This document shows, one piece after another, positions 23,961-35,570 of a stretch of DNA of 64,000 nt. Positions within the stretch are counted from its first letter, which is position 1; every line of letters starts with the position of its first letter. This DNA comes from Chara braunii (Eukaryota; Plantae; Charophyceae): assembly GCA_003427395.1 (NCBI GenBank), contig BFEA01000020.1, positions 5,702,665 to 5,766,664 of the forward strand, read 5' to 3'. The position numbers and the translations under genes were made by a program. A model generated the notes under the pieces. The model saw only the letters and a list, made by a program, of their open reading frames with translations, had not been told where the DNA came from and searched no databases.

Positions 23961-24179
23961 TAGATTGGGGTATGAGACCGGGTAGAGGCTTGGTTGGTAT
24001 ACAATATTGGCTCGGTAGAGACTGGCTGGTTGGTATGGATATCTGAGATTAGGGTTAGGGTAGTATGTGAGATCTTAGTAGATAAGCATTCTGAGTAGTC
24101 AGCATCATTCTCTACCGTTTTTTCTCCGAAAAAAAAAAAAAAAAAAAGGATATAGTACACTGCCTAATTCACTGTAGGG

Positions 24180-25043
24180 AGGCGATGGATTACTGGGCGA
24201 GAGCCTCGACCCTCTGGGACTCCCTTTTCTCAACCCCTTTCCCNGAACACCCCATCCAACTTCTCCTTCTGATTAACATCCCTGAACAGCCCCGGAAAGC
24301 GGAAAGGATTTGGTATGGACTCATAAGGAAGGTGACCCTCTGGGTCATATGGAAGGAAAGATGCAGCAGAACGATTGAAGGTGTCTCCAGCTCACGAGAG
24401 CTGACCTGGACGGAGACGAAAGTAATGATACAGGCAGAGATCCTTTGCAGATGGCGGAAGATTAAATTATCTTGGTCGGAAGATGAAGAGCAGCAAAGGA
24501 AGGCTAGACAGAGATTCAGCAGGGCATGGTTGATAGATGGGAAAGTTGCTGAGTTGCGGGACGATCGCATCTGTTGGAAGGACTGGCACAACTCTAGCTC
24601 AGGAAGAAACGCTGGGCAGCAAAGTGCAACGCACGGGCAAAGCACCTCAGGATCAGAACTCTAAAGAGAAAGCTTCGGACTCATACCACCACATTCGGGG
24701 AGATATAGTCGGGGTTTGGAGTTACTCCAATGGAAGGCGAGAGCAAGGGAGGAGAGATTTTAAAAATAATACTTCCAAGTGAGGGGCAGGGTTTAGGGTT
24801 TAGGTTTAGTAGACCTCAAAAGAAGGGAGAAGGCTAAATGGTTTAGGGGATACAGCGACTTACGGGCAGGGCCGATGAGGGAGAGAGCACAGGCATATAG
24901 AAATAATGGGCGAGCTCTTTCTAGATGACATAGCACTATCTGGCAGAACTGGTGTTTTTTCAGGTCTGAGAGGAAAGAGGGAGTCACGGCAAGCTGACAG
25001 TCAATCCTTCACCATTGGTGGAGCAATCAATGCTGTTCAGGGG
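24180..25043 (+). mobile_element. 5'-truncated LINE: ORF2 C-terminus and 3'UTR running into a gap
   Basis: LWVIWKERCSRTIEG...IQAEILCRW...FSRAWL. Internal-loop motif at 24994-25040. Confidence 0.8.
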
Positions 25044-26598
25044 NNNNNNNNNNNNNNNNNNNNNNNNNNNNNNNNNNNNNNNNNNNNNNNNNNNNNNNNN
25101 NNNNNNNNNNNNNNNNNNNNNNNNNNNNNNNNNNNNNNNNNNNNNNNNNNNNNNNNNNNNNNNNNNNNNNNNNNNNNNNNNNNNNNNNNNNNNNNNNNNN
25201 NNNNNNNNNNNNNNNNNNNNNNNNNNNNNNNNNNNNNNNNNNNNNNNNNNNNNNNNNNNNNNNNNNNNNNNNNNNNNNNNNNNNNNNNNNNNNNNNNNNN
25301 NNNNNNNNNNNNNNNNNNNNNNNNNNNNNNNNNNNNNNNNNNNNNNNNNNNNNNNNNNNNNNNNNNNNNNNNNNNNNNNNNNNNNNNNNNNNNNNNNNNN
25401 NNNNNNNNNNNNNNNNNNNNNNNNNNNNNNNNNNNNNNNNNNNNNNNNNNNNNNNNNNNNNNNNNNNNNNNNNNNNNNNNNNNNNNNNNNNNNNNNNNNN
25501 NNNNNNNNNNNNNNNNNNNNNNNNNNNNNNNNNNNNNNNNNNNNNNNNNNNNNNNNNNNNNNNNNNNNNNNNNNNNNNNNNNNNNNNNNNNNNNNNNNNN
25601 NNNNNNNNNNNNNNNNNNNNNNNNNNNNNNNNNNNNNNNNNNNNNNNNNNNNNNNNNNNNNNNNNNNNNNNNNNNNNNNNNNNNNNNNNNNNNNNNNNNN
25701 NNNNNNNNNNNNNNNNNNNNNNNNNNNNNNNNNNNNNNNNNNNNNNNNNNNNNNNNNNNNNNNNNNNNNNNNNNNNNNNNNNNNNNNNNNNNNNNNNNNN
25801 NNNNNNNNNNNNNNNNNNNNNNNNNNNNNNNNNNNNNNNNNNNNNNNNNNNNNNNNNNNNNNNNNNNNNNNNNNNNNNNNNNNNNNNNNNNNNNNNNNNN
25901 NNNNNNNNNNNNNNNNNNNNNNNNNNNNNNNNNNNNNNNNNNNNNNNNNNNNNNNNNNNNNNNAAGGACCAACTTCCGCGTATCTATTGGTCCATTGCAG
26001 CTGTAGTTCTGCCCTATCAGTTTTAGTGTTTTGCAGTGTGCATTATGATAACATGCAGGAATACTTCAGCAACAGAACCCGATGTACGTGCTGATGTCGC
26101 CCATGCAGACCTCAACAACGACCCAGGTATGTACTCTCTTTCTCTCCCTCTCTAAGCTCACCCTCCTCTTCACCCACACGCGTCCTCCGCCCGAAGACCA
26201 CCACCAAGCCCCACTGACCTTTGACCCCAAGCCCGGCTATGGCTGGGATCTGGCGCTGCCTCCAAGCAGCGCCCACCACCTCCACCTGCGCTCGCATGCG
26301 GCTCAGGCTCTTGTCAACAGCGGCCACGAGCACTGTAACTGGCAGCACTGCCGCAATGCTTCCAAGTGCCCGAATGAATGAGAGGCAGGCGGGCACTTTC
26401 ATCTATGGAAAGTGCTTGCCTGTACAGGCAGCCTAGGCCTGGCAACCGTGTGCCCAGTAGCTTCACATTGGGCCAAAGTGCCTATGCCCAGGCCCAATTC
26501 AGATAGCGGCCTGAGACCGAAACAGTTAGGCGCGCCCAACTGTACAACGTGGCCTGTGTCACTCCCTGCGTCCTGATAGGCAGGAAGGCCTTTTTTCC

Positions 26599-26761
26599 GG
26601 GGGGAAACTATGTGGGAGTCACAAAAATGAGTTATAATTGCGCTATTGGCCAAGATACAGTTTCGAATTGCAGTTTGGGCAATGTATACAACCCAGCTTT
26701 CTGGCCAGGTAGGGTGCCCCAAGTGCAATTGCAAACAGTATCTTGCCCCATAGTGCAATTG
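26599..26761. mobile_element. Palindromic MITE, copy 3 (right end truncated)
   Basis: gggggaaactatgtgggagtcacaaaaatgagttataattgc, homologous to the 5571 copy. Confidence 0.85.
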
Positions 26762-27009
26762 GCGGAAGAACACCTACTAGCAGGAGTTGGTAAGAGCATC
26801 CTCCACTAGCAGGCCTCGCAGGGTTGATGACTCCAGTCTATTGGTGGGGAGCTGCAGCCGCTGGAAACGGGGTCCAGCGTCCCTTTGATGATATGTACCA
26901 GGAGCAAGGTTTTCAGCAATCCATCCAATGGGCATACAGTAGGAGGCCTCTTGCAGAAATGCAGGCCCGCCTTCACTTAGGGCGGGCATGTTGCTTGTAG
27001 CAGGGCCAC

Positions 27010-27165
27010 TTAAACCGCCAGTACGCGGCCCCAGCCTTGGAGAAAGTTTTTGTCGCCACAAGCAAAACTCGGAGGGCCAAATCTGCGGCCTCTGAAGTGG
27101 TGCAGGTTCCACGCTGTCATCCTCGGGCCTATGTATGGTGTACTGGTGCTTTTTTTTTTTTTTAA
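27010..27165. mobile_element. TTAA/TA-flanked MITE
   Basis: ttaaaccgccagtac ... gtactggtgctt. Confidence 0.7.
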
Positions 27166-27194
27166 CAGCAAAACTTAGTATATGGGAAACCTAC

Positions 27195-27391
27195 TTAGCG
27201 AGGTGATAAGAGCATCCCCGGTAAGTAGGCCCCAGTTTCGAAGGCTCCATCTATTGGTGGGGAGCTACACCTGCTGGAAATCGGGTCCAGCGTCCCTATA
27301 CAAATGATGAAAATATATCTGCCGGAAATCAGGTCCAGCGTCCCTGTGCCATAGTGTGAATGTATGTGCCGGAAAACAAGTCCAGCGTCCC

Positions 27392-27423
<32 letters not shown>

Positions 27424-27545
27424 GAAAACGGGCCCAGTGCCCAAGGCTGATATTATCAACAAGAAGCTTGAGGCCGGGGTCCTCAAAGTCTACCCGGAGT
27501 GACCGAACCGATCATGCTGAGAACCGGGCTCAGCGTCCCTTGTAT
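27195..27545 (-). repeat. LINE tail with reiterated stem-loop 1
   Basis: ctattggtggggagctacacctgctggaaatcgggtccagcgtccc followed by three to four degenerate ccagcgtccc units. Confidence 0.8.
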
Positions 27546-27639
27546 GATGATGATGATGATGATATGATGATGATGATATGATGATGATGATGATGATGAT
27601 GATGATAATGACGATGATGATGATGATGATGATGATGAT
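27546..27639. repeat. (GAT)n microsatellite
   Basis: Seen directly. Confidence 0.95.
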
Positions 27640-28169
27640 TAGTAAGAAAACATATAGAAGACTATGCTATATCGGCAATCCTGGCCTCCTTTTAAGATCA
27701 CTGAACACCTCCTGAAATCCACCGCAGTTTTTCCAAACACTCGACCATCTAAGGGATTTCCAACAGATCATAACAATACTCACTAAAACCGACTTATTCT
27801 CTGACAAACTCATCTAGGCCTCACGCCCCCTTTCTGCTAGGTTACAGAGCGAAGCGACTTACTCCAGCTCCGGCCAGTGTCGTCCTGTGTCAGCAACCCC
27901 CAACTGTCCTTTAGGATGCCCCCCCATAGCATCCCCAGATCTCTCTACAAGGCCTCATGCCCTCGCCTTCGACAAGTTACAAGGCATCACCCCGGCTCCG
28001 ACCAGCGTCGTTCTAGCGTTGAACAGCTACGGATCCTGAATATAACAGTCTGATTCCAGTGTAGATTCGTACAAACCGCTAGCAAACCCTCAGAGTCCTG
28101 AGAGATTCTTCAAACTACCAGGAATAACAAGGGTGCTTGTTTTGAAGACTCAGAAAAATCACGAAGTAT

Positions 28170-28545
28170 AGAGATACCAGCGTCCCTATCTATGTGATGT
28201 ATAGAATCTCGCAAACAACATGAGACATCAATCCTATCGGGTGAAACCCTAATCATGATGTAATGTGTAATACAGCAATGTGACCAGCGTCGTTATACAA
28301 ATGATGAAGCTATATCTATACAAATGATGAAGCTATATCTGATGGAAATCAGGTCCAGCGTCCTTGTGCCATGGTGTGACTGTTTGTGCTGAGGAACGAG
28401 TCTAGCGTCCCTATCGATCTGATCTATAGAACCTCGCAAACAAAATAAGACATCAATCCTATCAGGCGAAACCCTAATCATGATGTAATGTGTATTACAG
28501 CAATATGACTTATATCTGCTGGAACTCGGATCCAGCATCCCTATA
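28170..28545 (-). repeat. Array of degenerate tail stem-loop units with duplicated spacers
   Basis: Five copies of ccagcgtcc-like units. Spacers are shared with 27290-27390, and 28176-28285 is repeated at about 28400-28510. Confidence 0.75.
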
Positions 28546-28559
28546 CTATGTTGTGTCAG

Positions 28560-30221
28560 ATGTATTAACTATCACTCAGGCGTAAACTGCCCACCACCAG
28601 TCCTGCGAGGCGATCCCTACCCCAGTGTTGATTGGTATTGCGGGCCGGGCAACCCAGTCATCACTGCCTAACCTACTCTTACCCTCCGGCAGACAACGAG
28701 AAACGCCTCCATATCGAGGCCAAAAATATAACAAGGAGGAAGTCAGAACACCCATTTCCCGGTCTTAAAAGAAAGGGATGGATGGCTGGCATACAAACCA
28801 ACCAACCCGATCTCACACCTTGGTTTTGATCCGGCAAACTGGACCTGGACACTAACCATAGGTAAAGGAAAACAAGGGCAGCGACAGCTACACACACTGT
28901 CAGTCAAATCAGCTTATAGACTATTGCGCCCCAAAAGAACCTTAAAAGACATAGTAGAGGACATGTGGATGAGACACCTAAATGTGGGAAAAGAGGCCCT
29001 TCACTCAATAAGATGGTTTAGACTAAGTAGGGCCTCCCCGGCGAAAGTGGCGTCACTGCAATGGCAAATTGATCACCGCTGCCTACCCACAAACGACTGG
29101 TTGATCGATAGAACAACCTTGGAACAACGAGGGCTAGCTTTGCCGTGGTGCAAACTTTGCTCATCGACCTTTCCACCAAGATGCCGACCAGAAACAATCG
29201 AGCATATCTTCCTGCAGTGCCCGGGGTCAATATGGCTATGGAGATGGTGGGACAGGGTTTGGAGACAGATGGGCACCACAATTACTTGGCCATGGGATTG
29301 GAAGGCAATACTGTGCGAAACATGGCACCCGGAACAGGCCACATCCTTCGAAGAGAACATGTTTAAAATTGGGAGGCGGGCGATGCTCTGGGCGCTAAGG
29401 AGGAGACGTTGTGTTTATGAAATGGAGGCAGTAAGACTGGATGGCCAAATCTTACAGGAAGAAATTAGACTGTATGTGGAAACTGAAATTACTATTCAAT
29501 GGAAAAAGCAAAAGAAAAATTAGTAACCCTACATACTATAACGGAAATCAAGAAGCACATCCAACAATTTAGCAAGGATTGGCTGGGGGGGACCCAGGGG
29601 AAGCCCATTGCAAATATTCGATGGGAAGGGGAAGGGGAAGGAGAGAGAGGGGGGGAGATTGTGGGACAAAATGGCAGGAACTATCAGCTTCGTTTTCAAG
29701 AATGGACAGATATCCAACAGGACACCCTGCTTCGGACTTCCCCGACCCCTTCCCACCACCAGCTCTAGCTATGGTGGGGGAGCAGTGGTACGGAGGTGGG
29801 GATTCCTAGCAGAAGGAGGCAGAAGGCACAAGGATCGGGCAAGGGAGAAACGGTACCTGGTAGCGAGTAGGGGGGAGGGTGGGAGGGTGAATTAGCTTAT
29901 AACAGTCAGGGCTGGGTCAAAATAGATACAACTTTTACCTCCACCCTTTCTCCCACCTCCAACTGCCTGGTAGGAATGCAGTGGTGCGATATGGATGGAT
30001 GAAAAGTGAAAGCCAAGGGTAAAGATCTTAGTCGTAGTGCCAACTGATATTCTTTAGAGGGTGCAGAGGCACAGATTTGGGGAAGAGACACAGATTAGGG
30101 GATCTCACAGTTACTGGCCCCATGGCTTTCAGACAGTATCATTAGCTGTATATGGGACGCTGGACCCGTTTTCCAGCAGGTGACGCTCCCCACCAATAGA
30201 TGGAGCCTCTCCCCAGGTGTT

Positions 30222-30250
<29 letters not shown>
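28560..30250 (+). mobile_element. 5'-truncated LINE: ORF2 C-terminal part, 3'UTR and tail
   Basis: LQWQIDHRCLPTNDWLIDR...WCKLC...ETIEHIFLQCPG. Tail at 30153-30250 with an A-run. Confidence 0.9.
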
Positions 30251-30252
<2 letters not shown>

Positions 30253-30746
30253 TAATAAATCGGCCGGGTACAGGGCGAAGTGGGCCATCAGGCATTCAGG
30301 GGGAAAACAGTCCTTCAGCAGCAGGAATTCGGCGCCTGGTACAGGGTAAAGAGGTTTACTCCCTGCAGCTCAACATCCTGTGCAGACAATCTTCTGAAGA
30401 CAGCATTCATCTCCGTTTTATTTCTACCACAACCTGCTCAGTGGCAGGTCTATTTCTGTTTTTTTTTCCAATGCCCTGCTCAGTCAATCCCCTGGAATCC
30501 AGGGTAATCAATGCTGGCAGGGGTCTCTACATTGTTTATCTGATTACAGTCTGTATATGGGNNNNNNNNNNNNNNNNNNNNNNNNNNNNNNNNNNNNNNN
30601 NNNNNNNNNNNNNNNNNNNNNNNNNNNNNNNNNNNNNNNNNNNNNNNNNNNNNNNNNNNNNNNNNNNNNNNNNNNNNNNNNNNNNNNNNNNNNNNNNNNN
30701 NNNNNNNNNNNNNNNNNNNNNNNNNNNNNNNNNNNNNNNNNNNNNN

Positions 30747-30971
30747 CTTACCCATCATTCTGCTGCCATGGATGTCTCCCCCTCCGGCGTCAACGTTTTT
30801 GTTGCTGTTGTTGTTGTAGTTGATGTTGTTGTTGTTGTTGACAATGTCGTCGTCGTTTTTGTTGTCGTCTCCGTTCTCATCTGCATCGATCTGCTGTATC
30901 ATTCCCCTCATGCGGCAGCTGCGAACATCGCCTCCCCTGTCATCATCATTGTTGTTGTTATTGTTATTGTC

Positions 30972-31015
<44 letters not shown>

Positions 31016-31758
31016 CACCACCTTTATCATCCATGTCCACCTGCGGCAGTACACCCTTCATGCTGCTGCCGTGCACTTCACCGGTCACCGTTGTTGTTGT
31101 TGTCGTTGTCGGCATTGTTGTTCTCGCCGTCGTTGTTAATATTGCTGCCATCCTTCACACCCCCTTCGCCCATTTCTCCCAATCCCACACCCTGCGCACC
31201 AGCGTTCTTGCTATTGTTGACGTTGTTGATGTCTCCCGTATCTTCCACGTCCACCTACAGCATCACTCACATCATGGCGCCGCCTTGGACGTCGCCCCCT
31301 CCATAATTGTTGTTATTGACACCAACCCCATCCTTGATGTCGCTGTAGCTGATGTTGTTTCTGTTATTTGTGTTTTCGCCGCAATCATCTTCAGTTGCCA
31401 GCAATCCATACCGATACTCCAACGGATTGCGTAGATCTCGCCCCAATGTGAAGAGGGCTCTACAAGCAGCCAACCTATCATCCGCCCGCCTCCAGTCGAT
31501 GTAGACTTCAAGCCGGGGATCCGGCCCATCCTCCAGCTCCCACAAGATGTCTAACAGCTCCTGGATCCTATCTTCCAACCACTGTTCCATCAAGATGGCA
31601 CCCCCATCGATCTCCCCCCCATCCTGCTGCCTCTGCATGAGCAACCCCACTGTCGTCTGCATCTGCTTGCATCCCTCCTCCAGTGCGGTAATCCATTCTT
31701 CTGCTAGATGTCTTAGCTCCCCTTCCAAGTCCATCTCTCCCCCCATTAGCGGCGCCAC
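30747..31758 (-). pseudogene. Second copy of the Trp-rich domain plus Asn-rich tail ORF (frameshifted, runs into a gap)
   Basis: AEEWITALEEGCKQMQ...WLED...LDILWELEDGPDPRLEVYIDW aligns with ORF 9209-10132. Confidence 0.65.
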
Positions 31759-33390
31759 TCACACAATTTTACTGAATCCCACGGCTGGCGCTACCCCTGC
31801 TGACGTGTCACGGGATGTCACTGCCACCAAACAGCAGGCGGCACGTGGCCACAAGCCACTTCGCACCTGTCGGGCACGTGTGCAGGTCCAGCAGCCGGGG
31901 AGCTGTTCTCCCCAGTCGCTAGTCGAGCCGGGCTGACCGGGCCCTACCGGTCCGCCGGCGTCGGGGCGCTAGCGCAGCCACCTCCAACCGGTGGCTGTTT
32001 CTCCGGTGTACTGGTGCTTTAAGAGCCTGCCGAGGACAAAAATCCGTGCAGAGGCTATATTCTCTGTTTTTTTAACTTTTTTTCCCTTTTCCTTTTTCTT
32101 TTTAAGGCTGTGAGGGGTGTTGAGGACAGTGCTGAGGGAGAATGTCTGGCAGGAAGCTGGACGCACTGAATCCAACCCACCTTGCCAGAAGCTGGACGCA
32201 CTGACCCACCCACAACCAGGGACACTCACTCAAGCCAGAGCTCTCAACCTTGACCACACACACCGTGACGGGGGGCGTCGACCAAGATCGGTGCTTCTTG
32301 ATCGCAGGCACTGGGCACACTAGCACTCGAACTCAGGTTCCGAAGGTCCCAGGGCAACCTTTCGGGAGACAGGTTCATTGCACCCTGTTGCCTGTTCCCA
32401 ACGGACTCTGCCATCGTGCCTGCTAGGAGGATAGCATGCTCTGTCCCCCCTCTCCTCTCCCTCATTTCTCCCCAACTGAGCTCACCCCTTTCCCAACCTA
32501 ATCCCCCCATGAACCCGCACAGCCCAAGGGGGGTGCACAAGTGGCCATAAGAGTCCATGCCCTCCAGCCGGAGAGCTTGCCGAGGATCCCACACATGCGA
32601 CTGCGGTACCTGATGCATTGAGCTCCAGTGCTCCACCACTGAGCATAAGACCACGTGTACCCTGACGTGTCTCTGGCCTGCTTTGGTCGATGCCCACTGG
32701 CCGAGCGTGCAGAGTTGAGCGTTTGAAGATTTGAAACCACAACCTCAGACCACAATGTGCATCCGACCAAAGTTCTCTACCCACTGAGATGTCACTGCCT
32801 TAGAGTCTTTTTTCAAGTTTTCTTTTTGGTGGGGGGGAATACAGTCAAATTTTTTGTTTGCCTGTAGGTCTGCGAGTGTTGTGCATTTCTTCACTCCTAT
32901 TGTAGAGATGAAAGGAGTGTGCGGAGTAGAAACAGCAGTGATTGATCTGTTTGTTTGGAAAGGTGGTAAATAGGCTGTTTTTTTTTTGTTTTTTTTTTTT
33001 TTTTTGGTAACCCACCAATCTGCTTGGGGGGAGTGATATGAGCATCCCCTCCTAGTAGATCGGCCGGGTGAATAGGCTCAGAATGAAAGGGTGTGACTGT
33101 TTGACTGGTTCAGGAAAGGGCATCAAGGTTCTGCGCGAACGCTCGAGCACAGCAGGCTGGCAGGGGACTTGGATGCGAAAAGACAACCTGACTGTGCCTT
33201 CCCTCCTCTGTTCATCCTCTCTGCCCTCCACAGCGCAACCACAGCGCCACCTCCACGTTCTACCCCCCTCCCCCCCCCCCTCCTTCCTCTCCCCAACCTC
33301 AACCCTATTCGAGAGCCCGCTGTTATTCTCACTCTAGCATGTGCACCTCATCGGAGGTATCCCCTTTGCCACCCTGCCTTTCGAGCCCCT

Positions 33391-33495
33391 TTTTTTCTTT
33401 CTTTTTTTTCTTTTTTCTTGCACATGTGGTCCGATGAACCACAGATCGGAAATGAAACAGTTCAATCGTAAGAGATACTACACTTGATCTTAGCC
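33391..33495 (-). pseudogene. U2: U2 snRNA-like fragment with A-rich tail (probable retrocopy)
   Basis: The minus strand has GGCTAAGATCAAGTGTAGTATCT (U2 5' region with the branch-site recognition GTAGTA), then a plant-type stem IIb gtggttcatcggaccac, then an A-rich run. Confidence 0.75.
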
Positions 33496-34466
33496 CATCT
33501 GACACTGTGTATAATCAATCCCTGAGGTAGTAAGAGGAAGCTTGGTTGGCTGGATGATGCAAGACAGAGGGGCCTGTCAGACACTCCTCAGGTGATTAAA
33601 GTCCTCCTTTTCATCCACCACCTGGGCGTCGCTCTCGGAAGACCTCCAGAACCCATGGCGCAGCACACGTGAACGACGACCCCGCAGATGGCGGCGGTGT
33701 CCAACCCTTCCACCGGCATGCTCTGCATGCGTATCTGCGCTCTCATTCTCCCCACCGTCCTCTCCAGCCGACAACGGAAAAGGACAGCGGTAACGGCCGC
33801 TGCCACTACTGTCCTCTCTGCCGTCGTCAGCTTTCGACGTTCGCATTGCCACCGTCTTCCATTGCCACGCAGGGAGCACAAAACATTTGTTTCAGCGTTG
33901 GGGAGTCACCCCGCCCCAACAGACGGCCAAACAACAGCCCTATCCACGGATGGTGATAACGCAACCAATGGTCTGTTGTCAGCGTAGAGGATGCGCTCCG
34001 CCACACCCCGCTGAAAAGGGCGGAGAGGACAATTGCGATGGCATGTTGGCGTGGGACGTCTTCCTGGCCTGCCCGCTCGGTGCACTCACGCCGGCGTCAT
34101 CACCACGCAGCGCAAGGATCTTCCTTTCCGACGTCCTCCACCAGCCGCCGCCACTGCGTACGCCGCTCCCCCTTCAGCCAAACGGCGTGATTCGAATTTT
34201 GAAATTCGAACGGGGATCTCCATACATTTTATTTTCATTTTCGCCGGTCGGAGCCACAATTCGAGTTTTCCCGCCTCTCAGAGCTGGACCAGGTCCGTCC
34301 ACATGGGCATGACCTCATGGACCAGCGACCCCGCCCCCCCCCCGCCGCCGGTAATAATATTATGCGACTGGCCGCGGGCCCGCCGTAGGAATCCTCCTCG
34401 GACGACCTTCCCGAGGATGAGTGGAACGAGGGCGGAAATTCTCTTGGACGACCTGGAGGAAAACCC

Positions 34467-34504
34467 CTGTCTCTTATACACATCTAGATGTGTATAAGAG
34501 ACAG
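34467..34504. other. Nextera mate-pair junction adapter (assembly artifact)
   Basis: CTGTCTCTTATACACATCT+AGATGTGTATAAGAGACAG, i.e. head-to-head Tn5 mosaic ends. Confidence 0.98.
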
Positions 34505-35362
34505 ACCCTAACCCACCCTGAGGTGACGTGTGGTCGGCAATAATATTATGCGACTGGCCGCAGGCCCGCCGTAGGAATCCTCCTCGGGCGACCTTCCCGA
34601 GGATGAGTGGAACGAGGGCGGAAATTCTCTTGGACGACCTGGAGGAAAACCCCTCGGGCCCCCAGGACGACCGGAGGAGTGTCTAATGAGGCCCAGAGGC
34701 TTACTCGGCAATTGTTTTGTGGAATCATGTCCGGAAAATCGGATGATTGCTGACAGGTAATCAACTAATGAAGGTGTTTTTTCCTATTGAATCTCCCCAG
34801 TGACATGTGCCTCAATTTTTTTCCCCGGTGGACCGATAAGGTCCAAGCGCAAAGGGGAAGCTCCTCCTCCTGCTGCTGCTTCCTCCTGGCTTTGTGCAGG
34901 TCACAGTCCTTTTTTTCCTTTTTTCTCAACTTCGAAAAGAAAAGAAAAAAAAGCAGCTGTGCACAGAGACTATACCAGGGCAATTACCCGGCTTCAGCTG
35001 TCACAGTGCTGCTGCTTCCTCCTGGCTTTTTTGTGGAAGCCATTGTGGTGACGGAAGTCCACGTGGAGCAGAGGAAATGCTGTGGCGCCGATTTCTGTGT
35101 GATACAGGGAGGGAGGTGTTTGATTTCTCTCTGTTCCTAACAATCACGTCTTCTAACGAAGGGGGCTGAATAGCCTGAATTTTTATGCGCGCTGCATCTT
35201 CCCACCCTTCTCAGACGTCATATATAGAAGGTATATTGGGTCTTGACCCTTGTCAAGTCATGCCAGCTCCTTGATTTGGTGCTGGGATGGGGTGGGATAT
35301 CCACGTGGTCCCCCATTAGAAAGGGAGAGGGGAATATGGTCCAAGTGCCAGCTCTTAAGGAT

Positions 35363-35570
35363 TTTTTTTATTTTTTATTTTTATTTTTTTTAAAACAACA
35401 CCCCCACCGGTGCTAGTGGCTCTGATAAGAGCAGACACCACTACCACCCGGGGAGAGGCTCCGTCTATTGGTGGGGAGCATCACCTGCTGAAAAACGGGT
35501 CCAGCGTCCCATATACAGAGTGTCATCAGAGAACAGCATAGAAACAATCCTGCCAGCATTGATTACCCTG
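35363..35570 (-). mobile_element. Short LINE-tail insertion with 16-bp TSD
   Basis: TSD gccagctcttaaggat at 35347-35362 and 35571-35586, with a poly(A)-like tail and the full stem-loop set. Confidence 0.9.

Noticed and set aside
26221-26436. Transit-peptide-like ORF MAGIWRCLQAAP... (and 33688-33987)
   Set aside because: Short, with no downstream domain or supportable exon structure.
34467-34504. Tn5 transposon ends
   Set aside because: Head-to-head synthetic mosaic ends are the library adapter.
35415-35510. Hammerhead or HDV ribozyme in the tail (ctgataaga...gaaa)
   Set aside because: The core does not match CUGAnGA with the required three-stem geometry, and no HDV nested pseudoknot could be drawn.
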